64,000 nt of DNA. Source: Felis catus (lineage: Eukaryota). A program made the translations under genes and the position numbers. Below the pieces are notes generated by a model, which saw only the letters and a list, made by a program, of their open reading frames with translations, did not search any database and was not told the DNA's origin. Of the stretch, positions 14,148 to 27,233 are shown piece by piece (position 1 is the stretch's first letter; the number at the start of each line of letters is the position of its first letter). Location: the NCBI RefSeq assembly GCF_018350175.1, contig NC_058368.1, positions 186,746,001 to 186,810,000 on the forward strand, in the 5' to 3' direction.

Positions 14148-14667
14148 TTTCTTAGTGGCCAAATTTAATGAAAATAGAGTGGGTTCAGGAGCCGGAAGAT
14201 TGACCATTCTCCTCACCAGCTGTGTGACCTTTAACAAGTTACCTAGCCTCTCTGAACCCACTCTCTCAGCTGGAGAAAAAAATATCAAATGATACCTATG
14301 TGATGGTCCATCTAGAATGTTGGTGATGGTGCCTGGCACAGGACAGGTATGCTAGTAGCAGAGAAAGAAAGATGTGACATTTTGACCTAGTGCTATTGTA
14401 TATTTCTGGTCTCCAGAAATTCATTCATGTCTGCATGACATAATTGTTAATATGTAAATTCTTCCTCCTGTCCTCTCCCACCTCCCCTGCATCCCCTACC
14501 TACTAAACATGATGTTGTCTTTGCACATTCAACTTCTCCCTGGCTCCACCCTCCAGGGAGACTTCTGTCTTTGCCAGATTTCTGTGCTGCAGATCTGAGA
14601 GAATGGCTAGGGCTCAAACACCACCTCCTCCCCATGGCCTCTACTCACCCCCCACCTCTCTTCTAAC
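14148..14667 (-). other. TSD-flanked retro-inserted non-L1 segment containing MIR- and L2-like pieces (orphan transduction / retrocopy)
   Basis: 17-bp direct repeat tgtagtaggtctttttt at 14131-14147 and 14668-14684. Minus-strand ATTAAA at 14164-14169 precedes a short A tract. Host L1 resumes after the second repeat. Confidence 0.8.
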
Positions 14668-15199
14668 TGTAGTAGGTCTTTTTTAAATGTTTGGCAGCAT
14701 TCATTACTGAAGCCATCTGGTCTTGGATTTTTCTTCATTGGGAGAATTGGATTATTAATTTAATCTCTTTACTAGTAATTGGTCTGTTCAGACTTTGTTT
14801 TTCTTGATAATTCAGTCTTGGTAGGTTGTATATTTCTAAGAATTCATCTATTTCTTCCAGATCATCCAATTTGTTGGTACATACCTGTTCATATTAGTCT
14901 CTTAGTACTTTGTATGTGTGTGGTATCCATTGTAATGGCTCCCCTTTAATTTACAACCTTATTTGCTTGAGTCCTCTCTCATTTTTCTAGGTGAGTCTAG
15001 CTAACAGTTTTTCTAATTTTTTGAATCTCTTCAAGCAACCAGCACTTAGTTTCAATGATTTTTTCTATTGTCTTTTTGGTCCTTATTTCATTTACATACT
15101 CTAATCTTTGTTATTCTCTTCCTTCTATTAACTTTGGTTTTAGTTTGTCCTCCTTTTTTTCAGTTCTTTGAAACTGAAAAGTTAGGATGTTTACGTCTG

Positions 15200-15381
15200 A
15201 CAATTTTTGAAGATGTATTTGGTTGTCACAACTGGTAAGAAAGTGGAGAGGTGCTATTGGCACCTAGTTGGTAGAGGCCAGGATGCTGCTAAACATCCTA
15301 CAATGCACAAGACATCTCCCCACCCCCAATAAAGAATGATTGAGACCAAAATATCATAAATGTCAAGGTTGAGAACCTCTG
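15200..15381 (+). mobile_element. MER20 (hAT) right part
   Basis: ttggttgtcacaactgg...gtagaggccaggatgctgctaaacatcctacaatgcaca...ggttgagaacctctg terminal inverted repeat. Confidence 0.85.
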
Positions 15382-16724
15382 CAAAGTGCTTTAAGTAGTG
15401 TGGAAAACAACTATTATTCTAATTGAATCTGGATGTAGCTAAATACAGTGGGAGGGGACAGGGGCCAAAAAAGGGGGAAAGGCAAAGTCTAAGAAGTCAT
15501 ACTGCCCTCAAAACTCACATATGAAAATAATTTCTAGAGCAAAATCAAAATAATGATACCTTATGCTTCAATCTATAATAACAATCTGTTAACAATAACA
15601 ATCTGTTATTGACTTGTATGACCATGGACATGGACAAGGCATTTACTCTTTCTGGACTGCTAAATTTACCTTAATAATAGACTAGAGAGTTTCAAGGCAT
15701 ATCCAACACTAGCAGTCCATTTTCAATTATTTGTGAGAGATTGTAATAAAATCATAGAATATTTATTCTAGTATCACAGACTTGGGTTTTTTCACTTATT
15801 AGGTGGAAGGATTTAAAAAAATCATTGAAGGATTTTGAGCCTCAGTTTTATTATCTGTAACTGGGAGAAAAATAAATGTGTTGCAGCAAAGAGCCTGGCA
15901 CGTAGTAGCTATTATTTCTAGTTATTATATTACTATGGGCTGTAGAGAATATTTCAGTCTTTTTCATGAGCCTGCATTTGGTTGAAAGCATGCTTCTACA
16001 GTACTGAGCAGAAACAAGAGAAAGGGTCATGGTCTGCATAGAGTAAGTGTATACCACCTCTCAGTAAGCCTTTTAGTGTGGACCAAAGACTAGTTTGACC
16101 ATGTATTATGGATAAGTCATTGCCCTTCTGAAAACACAACCACCCCATTTGAAAGGTGAAATAACTATGCCTTAACAGAACAATAGAAAGTTGCATGTGT
16201 ATTTTTAACATTTATGTTTAAGTCTATTTCCTCTGTTTCCCAGTGTCCCTGCCCATCCTGAAGGATATTCTCATCTTCTCCATCACTGCATCCAAAGAGA
16301 GACAAACCTTGCCTTCAAAAGTCAGCTTCTAGTCCCTCAGAAATATTTTTATAGGAAGACAGAAAAAAACCAAGTTTCTCTTTCTTCATGCTACTTAAAC
16401 TATGGGGCACTGTTTCTTTGGTCATAAATAGTGCCCAATTTGCTTCATAGTATGTTGGATATTGACTTCAGGAAGATTTATGTTGTGAAGTCATTTCATG
16501 AAGGAATGAGCTGGTCTGTTCTCTCCCTTAGGTCTCAAAAAAAAAAAAAAGGTCTCAGTAGCTTAGGGAAATCTGAAATAAATTCCAGGCCAAATTAAAC
16601 ATAATAGTTGTTAATAAAAAATCCTTGTCAATAGCCCAAAGAAGCTGATTTTAACATACCAGTAATTTTAATTGTGTCATTATCAGTGACATTTTCAACT
16701 ATTTATGCTATTTTGCATATATAG

Positions 16725-16850
16725 TTTTTTAAAACAGATTTATTGAGATATAACTCACTTACCATAAAATTCACCCTTTTGAAGTATATAATTTGGTAGA
16801 TTCTTGCAAATTCAGAGTTATACAATCATCACCACTAATTGTGAAGCACG
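16725..16850 (-). mobile_element. Old L1 3'-end fragment (L1MB-like)
   Basis: tttattgagatataactcac..accataaaattcacccttttgaagtatata...caatcatcaccactaat. Confidence 0.65.
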
Positions 16851-17649
16851 TTTATCAATTGTGTCTTCAAAAAATAAAAAGCTAGAAACAATAGCCTTCT
16901 CCAGTCACACCACTCCTCCATTTGGGTGTGAGAAACGTTTGACTATTTATCACCACACCTGATATTTGTCTGATTTTGTATGAGAAACCTCACGATCCAT
17001 CCATGTTCTTTCTCTTTGTTCTTAGGAACAATGGCTCAGTCTCAGTGTATCTGCTCCAAAGCATACTCCTTTGATTCTGTTTCTCCTCTTAGTTAATACT
17101 GGATTTATAACTGATCTCTTCATACTCATTAAAGAAAATGACCAGTAGGGCCATATTCTAGCAAAAGTGGTCACATTATGTGAAATGAATATCTTCCTGG
17201 GACCATGGTTGCTGTTGTTAAGAGCTTAGGCTCTATTTTAAGGTAGTTTCTCACATTCTGACTTGCAATGGTTGCCAAGGAAGAGGTCTCCTCTATTCAA
17301 AAATTGATTTTGAAAAAAATTGTCAGTTTAAGAATGGTTTCCTTCCAAATTAATATCTTGACTTGAATCATATTAGTAAAGGGAAACTCAAAGAACTATC
17401 TCATTCAACTTTCTGCCTTCTAAAAGAGGAATTTTTAAGACTTGTACTTTAAAAACAAAAAAATGGAAGTACTAAAATCTGGAAACCTTGGGAAAGTTTC
17501 TTCAACAAATTCTCTTAGCTCTCATTCTTTCTCTATTCTCATTGGTTTATAAATTTTCTCTCAACCGTCTTATTCAGAGTGACTTTGGTTGCAAGTAGTA
17601 GAAACCCACTCAAATTAACTCACATATAAATACTTTAGGGTTTGTTACT

Positions 17650-17868
17650 GGGTTTTTTTTAATGTATATTTATTTTTGAGGGAGAGAGACAGAGCGTGAG
17701 CAGCATGGGGTTGGGGGCAGAAAAGAGAGGAAGACACAGAATCTGAAGCAGGCTCCAGGCTTTGAGCTGTCAGCACAGAGCCCAACGCAGGGCTCAAATC
17801 CACGAACAGCGAGATCATGACCTGAGCTGAAGTAGGATGGTTAACCGTCTGAGCCACCCAGATACCCC
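17650..17868 (-). mobile_element. Can-SINE
   Basis: Perfect 14-bp TSD tagggtttgttact at 17636-17649 and 17869-17882. Confidence 0.93.
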
Positions 17869-18932
17869 TAGGGTTTGTTACTATATGTCTCACAACCCAC
17901 AGGCAAGAAGTGCTTTAGAATGAATTAGAACATGGAAAGCTATCAGGAAGCAGTGTGGCCAGTCTCACTTTCTCTTTTTCTGTACACTTACAAACTCACC
18001 TCTCTGCCTCTCATAGTATATTTCTGCCACATTTTCTCTTTTCTGTACATTTTCTGCTGCTCTGTAAACATATTTAAAAGGACCACCAACCTGTAAGTTC
18101 AAATACTAAAAGAATCTAACTAATATCTTTTAATACCAATTCCAAACATCTCTCAAGATGGGCTTAACTTGGTCAGGTTTCTCTCCTAGGTAAGACAGAA
18201 TCTGTCAGGGAACCATTTCCAATAATTGTCTGAGAAAATGGGATTGAGTTGTCGACCCAAGGTGTCTATTATCACACTCCGTGATGCTTTCTCTTTCTTT
18301 TTCAGAATAGTAGCCCAAACTTTCTTTTTTTCTCTCTAAGCATTTCAAAGAATCAATATCATCAGTCTTAACTCTTTCAATTACAAAAAAAAAAGTCAAG
18401 ACTTCTGGCAAGGAAAGCCGTGGTACGGTAAAAAGTCAGGAGCAGTTTTGGGGGACAATCCAAGAGCCTGCAGATTGTGATGAGTCTTATACACAGAGTG
18501 ATTGAATGAGTTACTGATGGACTGAAATCCAGTTCCATTTGCTTCTGTAGTATGGTAGTTCACACATTAAAGTTACTGCTATTAGTCTCTCTCAGAGCAG
18601 TGTCCAAATAATGTAATAACATTTCACAGTTATTAGGCTTTTCTAAGTTATTGCACTTTACTCAATTTTGGCTAGAAGCCCATGTCCTGGAGCAGAACTT
18701 AACTTTTAAACACTGTAGTGATTGCCCTATTTTAAGTAATGGATTTGCCAATGGAGACAAAAGAATTTTATGATCCTTAAAGAATCATTCACTTATCTAT
18801 TTTAAATGTTAGGAGTTTAATGCTTTTCATTGATTAAATCAAAGTCAGAGCAGTGATTTTTCTACAGGTGTCAGAATAAATTGTGAAACCACATTTCTGC
18901 CTTATAAACCCTCTGGTCTGTGAGGTTCCTTT

Positions 18933-19155
18933 TTTTAAAGTATTTTTTAAATTTTTTTATGTTTAATTACTTTTGAGAGAGAGACAGAGACAGAACACAA
19001 GTTGGGGAGGGGCAGAGAGGGGGAGACACAGAATCAGAGGCTCCAGGCTCTGAGCTGTCAGCACAGAGCCCAAAGTGAGTCCGAACCTACAAACTGTGAT
19101 TTCATGACCTGAGCTGAAGTCAGACACTTAACCAACTGAGTCACCCAGGTGACCC
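18933..19155 (-). mobile_element. Can-SINE
   Basis: Reverse-complement SINE. TSD core aggttccttt at 18923-18932 and 19160-19169. Confidence 0.9.
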
Positions 19156-19925
19156 TGGAAGGTTCCTTTCTAAAGGAAAATATAGAATAATTATAACTGT
19201 GTAAGTCACCAGGAAAGAGGTTATGTTTTTGAGCCATGGAGGTAGCAAGTCCTATACAGTAAAAGGATAATACCTATTATCCTAAATATCTTATTATGGC
19301 CTATTATGATGATAAGTCTCTTCTCAATGGCTTAATTAGATCCAATTATATCTGAGTAATACTGGGAAAAGTCATTTACTTTACCTTATTCCTTAATTTT
19401 GAATCTCAAAGTAGTATTTGTGGACAGGTACTGAGTATAAAATATTTTTAATTTCTATCAAGTAATGTACTGTGCTTACCTAGAGTACTGATGACAACCA
19501 TTTCTTTCTCACTCATACTTCCCTCTTTTAAAAAAATGTCCCCTCACAGGCTAGAAAAGCCAGCTTACCCACTTTTCACCCAAAGCCTCCATCTACAGTT
19601 GACTGAACACTGAGGTCCACATCTGAACTAACCCGAGTCCATCACATGATTTCTCTTTGGAATTAGAAAATGAAACACAGAGATTGATGTAGTTAATCCA
19701 GGAAAGCCAAAATAGAAAGTCCTGTAGATGCCAGGGGCTTCAGGTGCCTCAAGGGACAGTTATGTTCATGTGAATAATTGAACAGAAAGTTGGTCGTTTA
19801 GAGAAAAGAATCAAGCAGGTGTCTAGAAGATACAAGCAATGAGAGGAAAGGAAAAAAGGGAAAATTCCTAGATTCTTGGCAGCTGTTCTCATGAGGTGTG
19901 ATTGTACTTATTAAATTTTATGAGA

Positions 19926-20148
19926 GGGGCGCCTGGGTGGCGCAGTCGGTTGAGCGTCCGACTTCAGCCAGGTCACGATCTCGCGGTCCGTGAGTTCGAG
20001 CCCCGCGTCAGGCTCTGGGCTGATGGCTCAGAGCCTGGAGCCTGTTTCCGATTCTGTGTCTCCCTCTCTCTCTCTGCCCCTCCCCCGTTCATGCTCTTCT
20101 CTCTCTGTCCCAAAAATAAATAAACGTTGAAAAAAAAATTAAAAAAAA
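19926..20148 (+). mobile_element. Young cat-type Can-SINE (SINEC_Fc-like)
   Basis: CpG-intact ggggcgcctgggtggcgcagtcgg (A box) and gagttcgagccc (B box). TSD aaatttt(t)atgaga at 19913-19925 and 20149-20162. Confidence 0.95.
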
Positions 20149-21037
20149 AAATTTTTATGAGATACCCAGGATCCTTACAATACCCCTTACTGTAGTAAGT
20201 TAGATTAAGTCAGTTTCTGTTTCTTGCTATTGTTAGCTTAAACATTTCCTATTTATGCATCTGATTGACACACATGAACCGGAGATTCATGTCAGGCCAG
20301 TAACTACACACAAAACTGAATGAGAACCAAGGTTTTCACTGACACTGCAAAATTCAACCTCCCGTACAGTTCTATATAAGCAAAACTCATTTTACAGATA
20401 AGAAAAAGGAGGCTTAGAAATGTTAAATAACTTGTTCAAAACTACATAAATCATATGTAACAAAAACTAGAACTAGACTTCTGACTTCTATACTCCTGCA
20501 CTTTTCATGGCATATTATCTCCAGGTGAAAATAATAAGTTCCAGGACCAAACTCCAGTTGCTGGTATCTTATTAGTTAAAATTGTTAATCAAATCCTCCA
20601 ACAATGCCCTAACTGTTCTCAGCTAAACCAATCACTAGCATATGTGGATTCAGGTGGTTACTTGTTCTCCCTGGCTTAGTGCTCACTTGTAAGGTGCAAG
20701 CATGACCATGGTGAAGGTTAGAGAAAAACGAAAAGGACCTAGCATGGTAACTGGCATCCAAAAACATTTTACCCAGTCCTCTCCCATTACAGTATAGAAC
20801 TACTCTTTCCAGATAAATGAAGCAAGACAGAGGTGGACCCAGCAGTCTCTGCCTTTTTCTCTGCATCCCTCAAGTGCCTTGGAGTAGCAGATTGACCAGC
20901 AGAGCAGGTAAGTGCTTAAGGCCTTCAGAAAATGCTCTCTACCTAGTGAGTGGGTTTTGTGCCTTCCCAAGCTCTGGAATTGATTGTCTTACCTCTAAGA
21001 CCTCATTTAGTTGTGTTTCTTTTCACACATCCTTCAT

Positions 21038-21252
21038 TTTTTTCTTTAAAGTGTTATTTATTGAGAGAGAGACAGACAGAGAGACAGAGAGACAGAGAAC
21101 GTGAGTGGGGGAAGGGCAGAGAGACAGAGATGGAGAATCCCAAGCAGGCTCTGTGAGCTCTGCACAGGGCTGGAAACTCACAAACTGTGAGATAATGCCC
21201 TGAGCCAAAATCAGGAGCCTGACATTTAACTGACTGAGCCACTCAGGTGCAT
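21038..21252 (-). mobile_element. Older Can-SINE
   Basis: Reverse-complement SINE ending tgactgagccactcaggtgc; diverged. Confidence 0.85.
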
Positions 21253-23539
21253 CACAGATGCATCACAGATCCCTTTTGGGGGGAGATCCTGGCGGGGTAA
21301 ATACACAATTTCTTAGTTTCTGATTCTGCTTATTTTACATGGCATGTATTTGGTCTAACCCCATGTACCCGATGAATTTTTGTCCAAAAAGACCAAGCAC
21401 GACTCTACTCCTGGCCTGTCCAAATTTTTCACTGGCAATTTCACTGACTCTGCTCCTTAATGGAGTCGCTTTCATGAACACATTTCTATTCCTACTCGAC
21501 TATTACCTTTCTCCTAGGAACTTCTACTCTTTATTTTGTGAAGTCATATTCTGATCACTTTCAATCCCACCCAATAAGTACTGTATTTTTTTCTGACATT
21601 TCTTAGCCATTTTCCCTTTTATCTTCCCTAAATATTATATGAGCAAGCTCATACCATGACAGCATTCCAAACCTGCCCCATTATTTAGAGTCTTTGTTTC
21701 TCTCCCTCTCTATAAATTTGCCATTTTTATTCTGTTTCCCCAGAAGTAACTACTCCCAATTTGTCAACCACCTTCATTTTATTTCTTATCTCTCTCACTA
21801 TAAAACATTTGAAACACTTTGTGTAAGAGGCACTAGATAAAAATAAGTCGAATGGCATCTACATAAAAAACACAGCAGCATTTGGCTCAGGGCTGTATGT
21901 GGAAAAGTGCTTGTCTTTTCAGATCTCTTATTTATCTCCTCAAGCCCTTGTGAAGGAACTAATGAACATCAGGAAAGGGTAATTTAAGTGTTCTCCTTAA
22001 TGTGTTCTCATGATTTCTTATTAGGGCTTCATTATCTCCTCCCAAAAATAAAAATAGGCAGAGTTGTAGTGATATATTATTTCTTAGAAAAATAAATCTG
22101 AGACATTTAATGTTTGTTCTGAACAGGGATAGAGATCTCAGTTCTGATGTCGTTGCTACCTATCACCATAATTGTAGACTTGAAATAAGCTTCCCACTGG
22201 TTGGTTGACTTTGCACTGGGAAGAAATGCCAGTCACACTGACTTTGAGCCCAAACTGAGAAGAAATAGGTGGGGGTATGAAGAGCTAGAAGTCTGTCTTC
22301 ACCAGGTGGAGAGTATAACGCCACATGAATTATTTTGATTTTTAGGTTTTTTTCCCTCTGTCTACAGAGCACCATGGGCAGGGCCAAGATAAAAAGGGGG
22401 GCTGTATGTATATCTCTGTAAATTATGGCAGGCCAAGGTAGAGGAGGAGGCCCAGCTGGATCCCCCTGAGAATAGCTGAAGTCAATAGACTCCAGGAACA
22501 GTGATATTTGATATCCAGTTGAAAAGGTCTACATTTCCCATTTAAATTGTTATATGTTATACATAAGTCTTTAGTGAAGTTTGGTTAAACACTAAAACCT
22601 ATTTTCAGCCATGCTCATGGAGAAAATGATGTGTGGAATGGAGTCCACAATGCAGAGAGAGACAATCATGAGAGAAATAGTGCACAGAGTGATAGAAAAC
22701 AAGAGACACTCAGAATGGGTTTCAACAATATATTGTCATTGCCAGAGGATTTGCAGAATTCTTTGTGAGGAATGTACAAAAAAAAAAAAAAACCCAACTG
22801 ATTTTCTGCAGGCTGTGTTAGTTGACTATTGAAAAATGCACTTGATGGGGGAGAAATGAGGACTTTTAGATTGTACCCACAAATTCCTTCATGTGTAAGG
22901 CAGTAGGTTTCTTTCACTGATCTTTACTCTTAGAGTTTGATATTTGGAGATATATTATTTGTCCTTCTTTACTTTTCTGATAATCCTGCATATCTGCTTT
23001 ACTCTCTTGCAGTTTTACCTCTAAGCAGAAATTTTATCTGCTCCTGTCTCTATTTCTATAATACATATTTGGATTCAAGATCCAGTCAGTTAAATCCCTC
23101 AGGGAGAAATTCAGAAGAAAGAAGGGGTGGGGGCGGGGTGGATGAAAAGGAAGCGATAGATGGAGGTTGGGAAGGTGCAGGAAAGTGGTAGGTTGAACGA
23201 TTACTATGCATTGCTATGCAGCACTGATTTTCTTAGAATCTTCTGGAGCGAAGACATCACCATCATCTAATTTAACCCATTGTAACCAACTGTCACATAA
23301 CAGTGATGTGGTCCTAAGAGAGAACCTTTATATTAGGCTGCATCATTATCCAGAAAACAGCAAGAGACTGACTCAAAATATCACTCCAAAAAGTCATGTC
23401 ACTGTCAGATGAAGAAGGACACACACAAATAGGTACCCAGAAGTGTGCCTTCATTTCACACATGTAAGCATAGTCACTAGTTCCTGCACAGCAACATGAT
23501 CTTAACTCCATGGCTCCACTGTCTAATAATTAGCTAAGA

Positions 23540-23760
23540 TGTACTGCATGCTTCCTAAGCATCCAGACTTTGGCTAAGTGCTTTACCTGCATAATCCCTT
23601 CCTACCTGCGAACACTGAGGAAAGCCAGTGCTATAATTATCCATATTTTAAATAATAAAATTAAGGTTTGAAGGAGTTCTGAAACTTGTTCAAGGTCCCA
23701 GATAATACGGTCAAGAATGGAGATTTGCACACCACCTGTACTGCTAACCACTGTGCCTCC
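23540..23760 (-). mobile_element. MIR fragment
   Basis: ctaagtgctttacctgcataatc...attatccatatttta...aacttgttcaaggtccca...ctaaccactgtgc. Confidence 0.6.
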
Positions 23761-24543
23761 ATGCTGTCTGCTGTCTTGCTTGCTTCCTCCTCATCTGTAA
23801 TGTTATTACTTATGTTTCTTTCTTTCTTAGTTCCCCTGCATGTGCTTTTACTCATCTCAGGTGACACTTATTATTTTTTTTAAATATCTCTGCCTCCCTT
23901 GAGTGGTTAAAGCAGGGGACATTCATAATTATCCATACCTGAATTTTATCCTGCTGGTCTTTTCAATCTGAAGAGCTTCTGGGTGATACTGGACAGGCTT
24001 CTCATCATCTTCCATCTCTCATCTTCACTGATGTGCTCACAAGGTGAACAGCCTTGTTAGTAGATCTGAAATCCAAAAATCTAAGGATATCATCAGAACT
24101 CCTTCTCATACAGTGGTTCTCCAGATGGGACCATTTACCCAAACCCTTTGGCCCTCCATTTTCTCATCTGCAAATAAAGCAGGTTATAATGCCTACTGCA
24201 TTCAACTGTTGTGTGGTACAAGTGAGATGAAGCAAGAAAAGTTCATAGTCTTATGCCTGATATAAAGTATGTGCTCTAGAAGTATTAGTTGACATTATTA
24301 TTAATTAGGGCAGGTCATAATTCCCATTTAGCAAGGGAAGAAACTGAGATTCAGAAGTGAGGCATCTTACCACAACTTTACACCTCGTCAGTGGCAGAGA
24401 CAAAAACCGCTTTCACTCAATAAGCTTTATTGAGCATCTACTATGTTCCAGGTTCTGTGGTACATGCTGGAGATACTCAGATTAATATGTGCAGTAGGAT
24501 CTTATATCAAATGTCAAATATTCTTTAAATATTCATGAATATA

Positions 24544-24760
24544 GGGGCACCTCAGTGGCTCAGTCTGTTAAGCGTCCGACTTCGGCTCAGGTCATGATCT
24601 CACAGTTCATGGGTTCAAGCCCCACCTCAGGCTCTGTGTTGACAGTTCAGAGTCTGGAGCCTGCTTTGGATTCTGTGTCTCCCTCTCTCTCTGCTCCTCC
24701 CCCACTCATGCTCTGTCTCTCTCTGTCTCTCAAAAATAAACAAACATTAAACATTTTTTT
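24544..24760 (+). mobile_element. Can-SINE
   Basis: Perfect 17-bp TSD aaatattcatgaatata at 24527-24543 and 24761-24777. Confidence 0.94.
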
Positions 24761-25391
24761 AAATATTCATGAATATACTCAAAGGGAAAGATGCTGAGGA
24801 TGCTGGAGAAACAAACTGTCATCACAAGATCAGATGGTAGATGCTGTAGACAATGTGTACAAAATAATAACTCCAACATTCTGAGACCTAAACTGCTGCC
24901 CATTCCGTGCCACTATGCTACCTTCAGCTGAATGTAATTAGGAAAGTATATCTTTAGAAAACTAACACCCATTATAGAATGTATTCCAACATCAACTATA
25001 AATTATTCTCTCCATTAGTGCAAAAAATTGGATGTTGACTGAGTTTAAATTGTGGGAAAGAAGGAGGGGGTAATTCAAATGTACATGAGACTATCATTTG
25101 GGAAGGTAGGCTTCAGTAAAAAAGAGCCAAAGACTAAGATTTAGAAAACGTGGTTCTAGTCCAGCTTGCTTCTAGCTATGTTTCTCCTTTGTTGAATGAC
25201 CAGGGTTCTATTTCTGGTACAAAGGTAATGTATGTGTAGGTGGGGAGGGGCTGGGCTGGGGAGTGTGGAGTTGGGGGTGGATCAGAATGTTTATAAGCTG
25301 ACTTGCCTGCTGGCACTACCTTTATATTACTTTATTTTATTTTACATTATTGTATTCTTAATTCTTGGAGACATTATTGTTTCATAGATAC

Positions 25392-25574
25392 TTTTTTTTT
25401 AAAAAAATGTTTATTTACTTATTTTGAGAGAGAGACAAAGAGAGAGAATCCCAAGCAGACTCCACGCTGTCAGAGAAGGGCGCAAATGGGGCTGGATCTC
25501 ACGAACTGTGAGATCATGACTTGAGCCGAAATCGAGAGTTGGAAGCTAAACCAACTGAGCCACCCAGGCGCCCC
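25392..25574 (-). mobile_element. Can-SINE
   Basis: Ends ccaactgagccacccaggcgcccc; T-rich tail at left. TSD not clear. Confidence 0.88.
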
Positions 25575-25959
25575 ACCACTTGATAGTCTTTATACCCAAA
25601 GAACATAAGAGGACTGACTCATCCATAGGCAATGGAAGATGCTGGTTCTTGGGCCCTAGTACAAATACTGGGGCCCAGGTTCCAGGGAAAGGGAGAAAAT
25701 GAGTGGGAGTGGTCAGTACCTCCCCAGCTTCAGGAGTCAATCAGCAGGAAGGAGCCTTTATCTGTCCTGTTACCACTCACATTCTGGCCCCACAGATCTT
25801 GTCCTGGCCAGACTCGGGAAGAGATGACAAGCAAAGACAAAGATCAAAAGAATGACCCAAGGCAATATGAGGCTGAGAGCGAAAGGGAAAAAAAGAAAAT
25901 GGAGATGACAGAGGCTGTTCTCCCAGGGATGAGAGATTGATATTGACAATAAGAGTGGC

Positions 25960-26170
25960 TCCCATTTTAAGTGCCTACCATATGCCAAGCCTTGTTCATA
26001 AGTTGTTTCTAATATTTACTACAAGTTGAGTATAACATCTATATTTTAAGGATGAGGAATTGGAGACTCAAAGAAGCCAAATAACTTACCCAAGGCTAAA
26101 CAGTAAATGTCAGAGCTTAGATTTAAACCCATATCTGTCTATCTCTAAAATCTATTCACTTTCTGCATGC
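25960..26170 (-). mobile_element. MIR fragment
   Basis: gtgcctaccatatgccaagc...ttttaaggatgaggaattggagactca...aacttacccaagg...atttaaaccca. Confidence 0.65.
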
Positions 26171-27233
26171 TCTGCTGGGGTATGACTATGGAAGGATATA
26201 GAATGCTGAAAATATTTATATCAGTTGCTGCCTATATCCAAAACAAAAATCTCAGTTTTCTCCTCTGTAAAACAAAGAGATTGAGGTCTCATCTGGAAGC
26301 ATAATTTTGGACAATAAACTTAACACCCTCTGACATCTGCCTTGGCAAAGCGTATATTATAATAACTCAAAAGAAATGTCATCTCATTCTCAGTGAATAA
26401 AATCCACCCTGAGCAAACAGGATAAACAAGATAAGCACAATAGCCATGGAAGATTCTGCAAGTGGAGATAAATAACTATAATTAGAAAAGTAAGTTTCAG
26501 TTTCTTAAGGTTTATGAAGCCTAACAAGTAAAATAGAGATAGATATTTGGGTGTAGTGGCCTGACAATAAATAATGGAGAGCAATGGTTGGTCATTTTAA
26601 GGTCATTTATTCTGGTGTGTCTACTTCACCTTCATGCCCTCAAGTAATCTTCCAGGCTCTGCTTCAACATGTTTAGAAATGCGGAACATACAATTTTTGG
26701 AAAATTCTTGCATTGTGAGCTCAACTCTTTGCCATGGTAAATCATTGAGAATATAATGCCTAAATAATTCATTTTAGTTGAGAAGTGGTATTCATTTGGT
26801 ACTGTCTCTGGACTCCTGACAAGCTTAAATAAAGGGGAGGAAAGGCTTAAACATTTTGGTAGAATGTTTCCAAGATAATGTGTAATCAGAATAATTAATG
26901 TAAGAGTAAATGTGATATTAGTTTCTGTAAGCATTTATCTTGTGAAATGAATAATAATTACAATGGAAAGATTTGGCATTAAAAGAAAGTGATGAAAAGT
27001 CTTTTTACAAATTCTTCCCTTTTTTCCCTCAGTAGAATCTAGGCAAATCACTTGAGGTTAGCTATTTCATCAGATTTATAATCAAAGGTATTGTTTTAGG
27101 CTCTAGCTTTTTTATAAGGCCATCTTTTCTTGGACTAATTGGTTTGGTGAAAAGAGGGTATTATGTATAGTCAAATGGATATTCTCATAAACAAAAAGTA
27201 GTTGGGAAATATAAAAGAAATTAATTTCCTGGA

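Larger units (their letters stand above)
11558..15199 (-). mobile_element. Older 5'-truncated L1 (L1MA/L1_Carn-like), degenerate ORF2 and 3'UTR, interrupted at 14148-14667
   Basis: ORF2 remnants at 12880-13209 ([13 protein letters not shown]...[22 protein letters not shown]) and ~13905-14110 (LIPKP...KILANKIQ...HDQVGYIPG); L1MA-type 3' end near 11580-11680. Confidence 0.88.

Noticed and set aside
19926..20010. tRNA-like A/B boxes at SINE heads
   Set aside because: tRNA-derived SINE promoter, not a tRNA gene; followed by SINE body, CT tract, poly-A and TSD.
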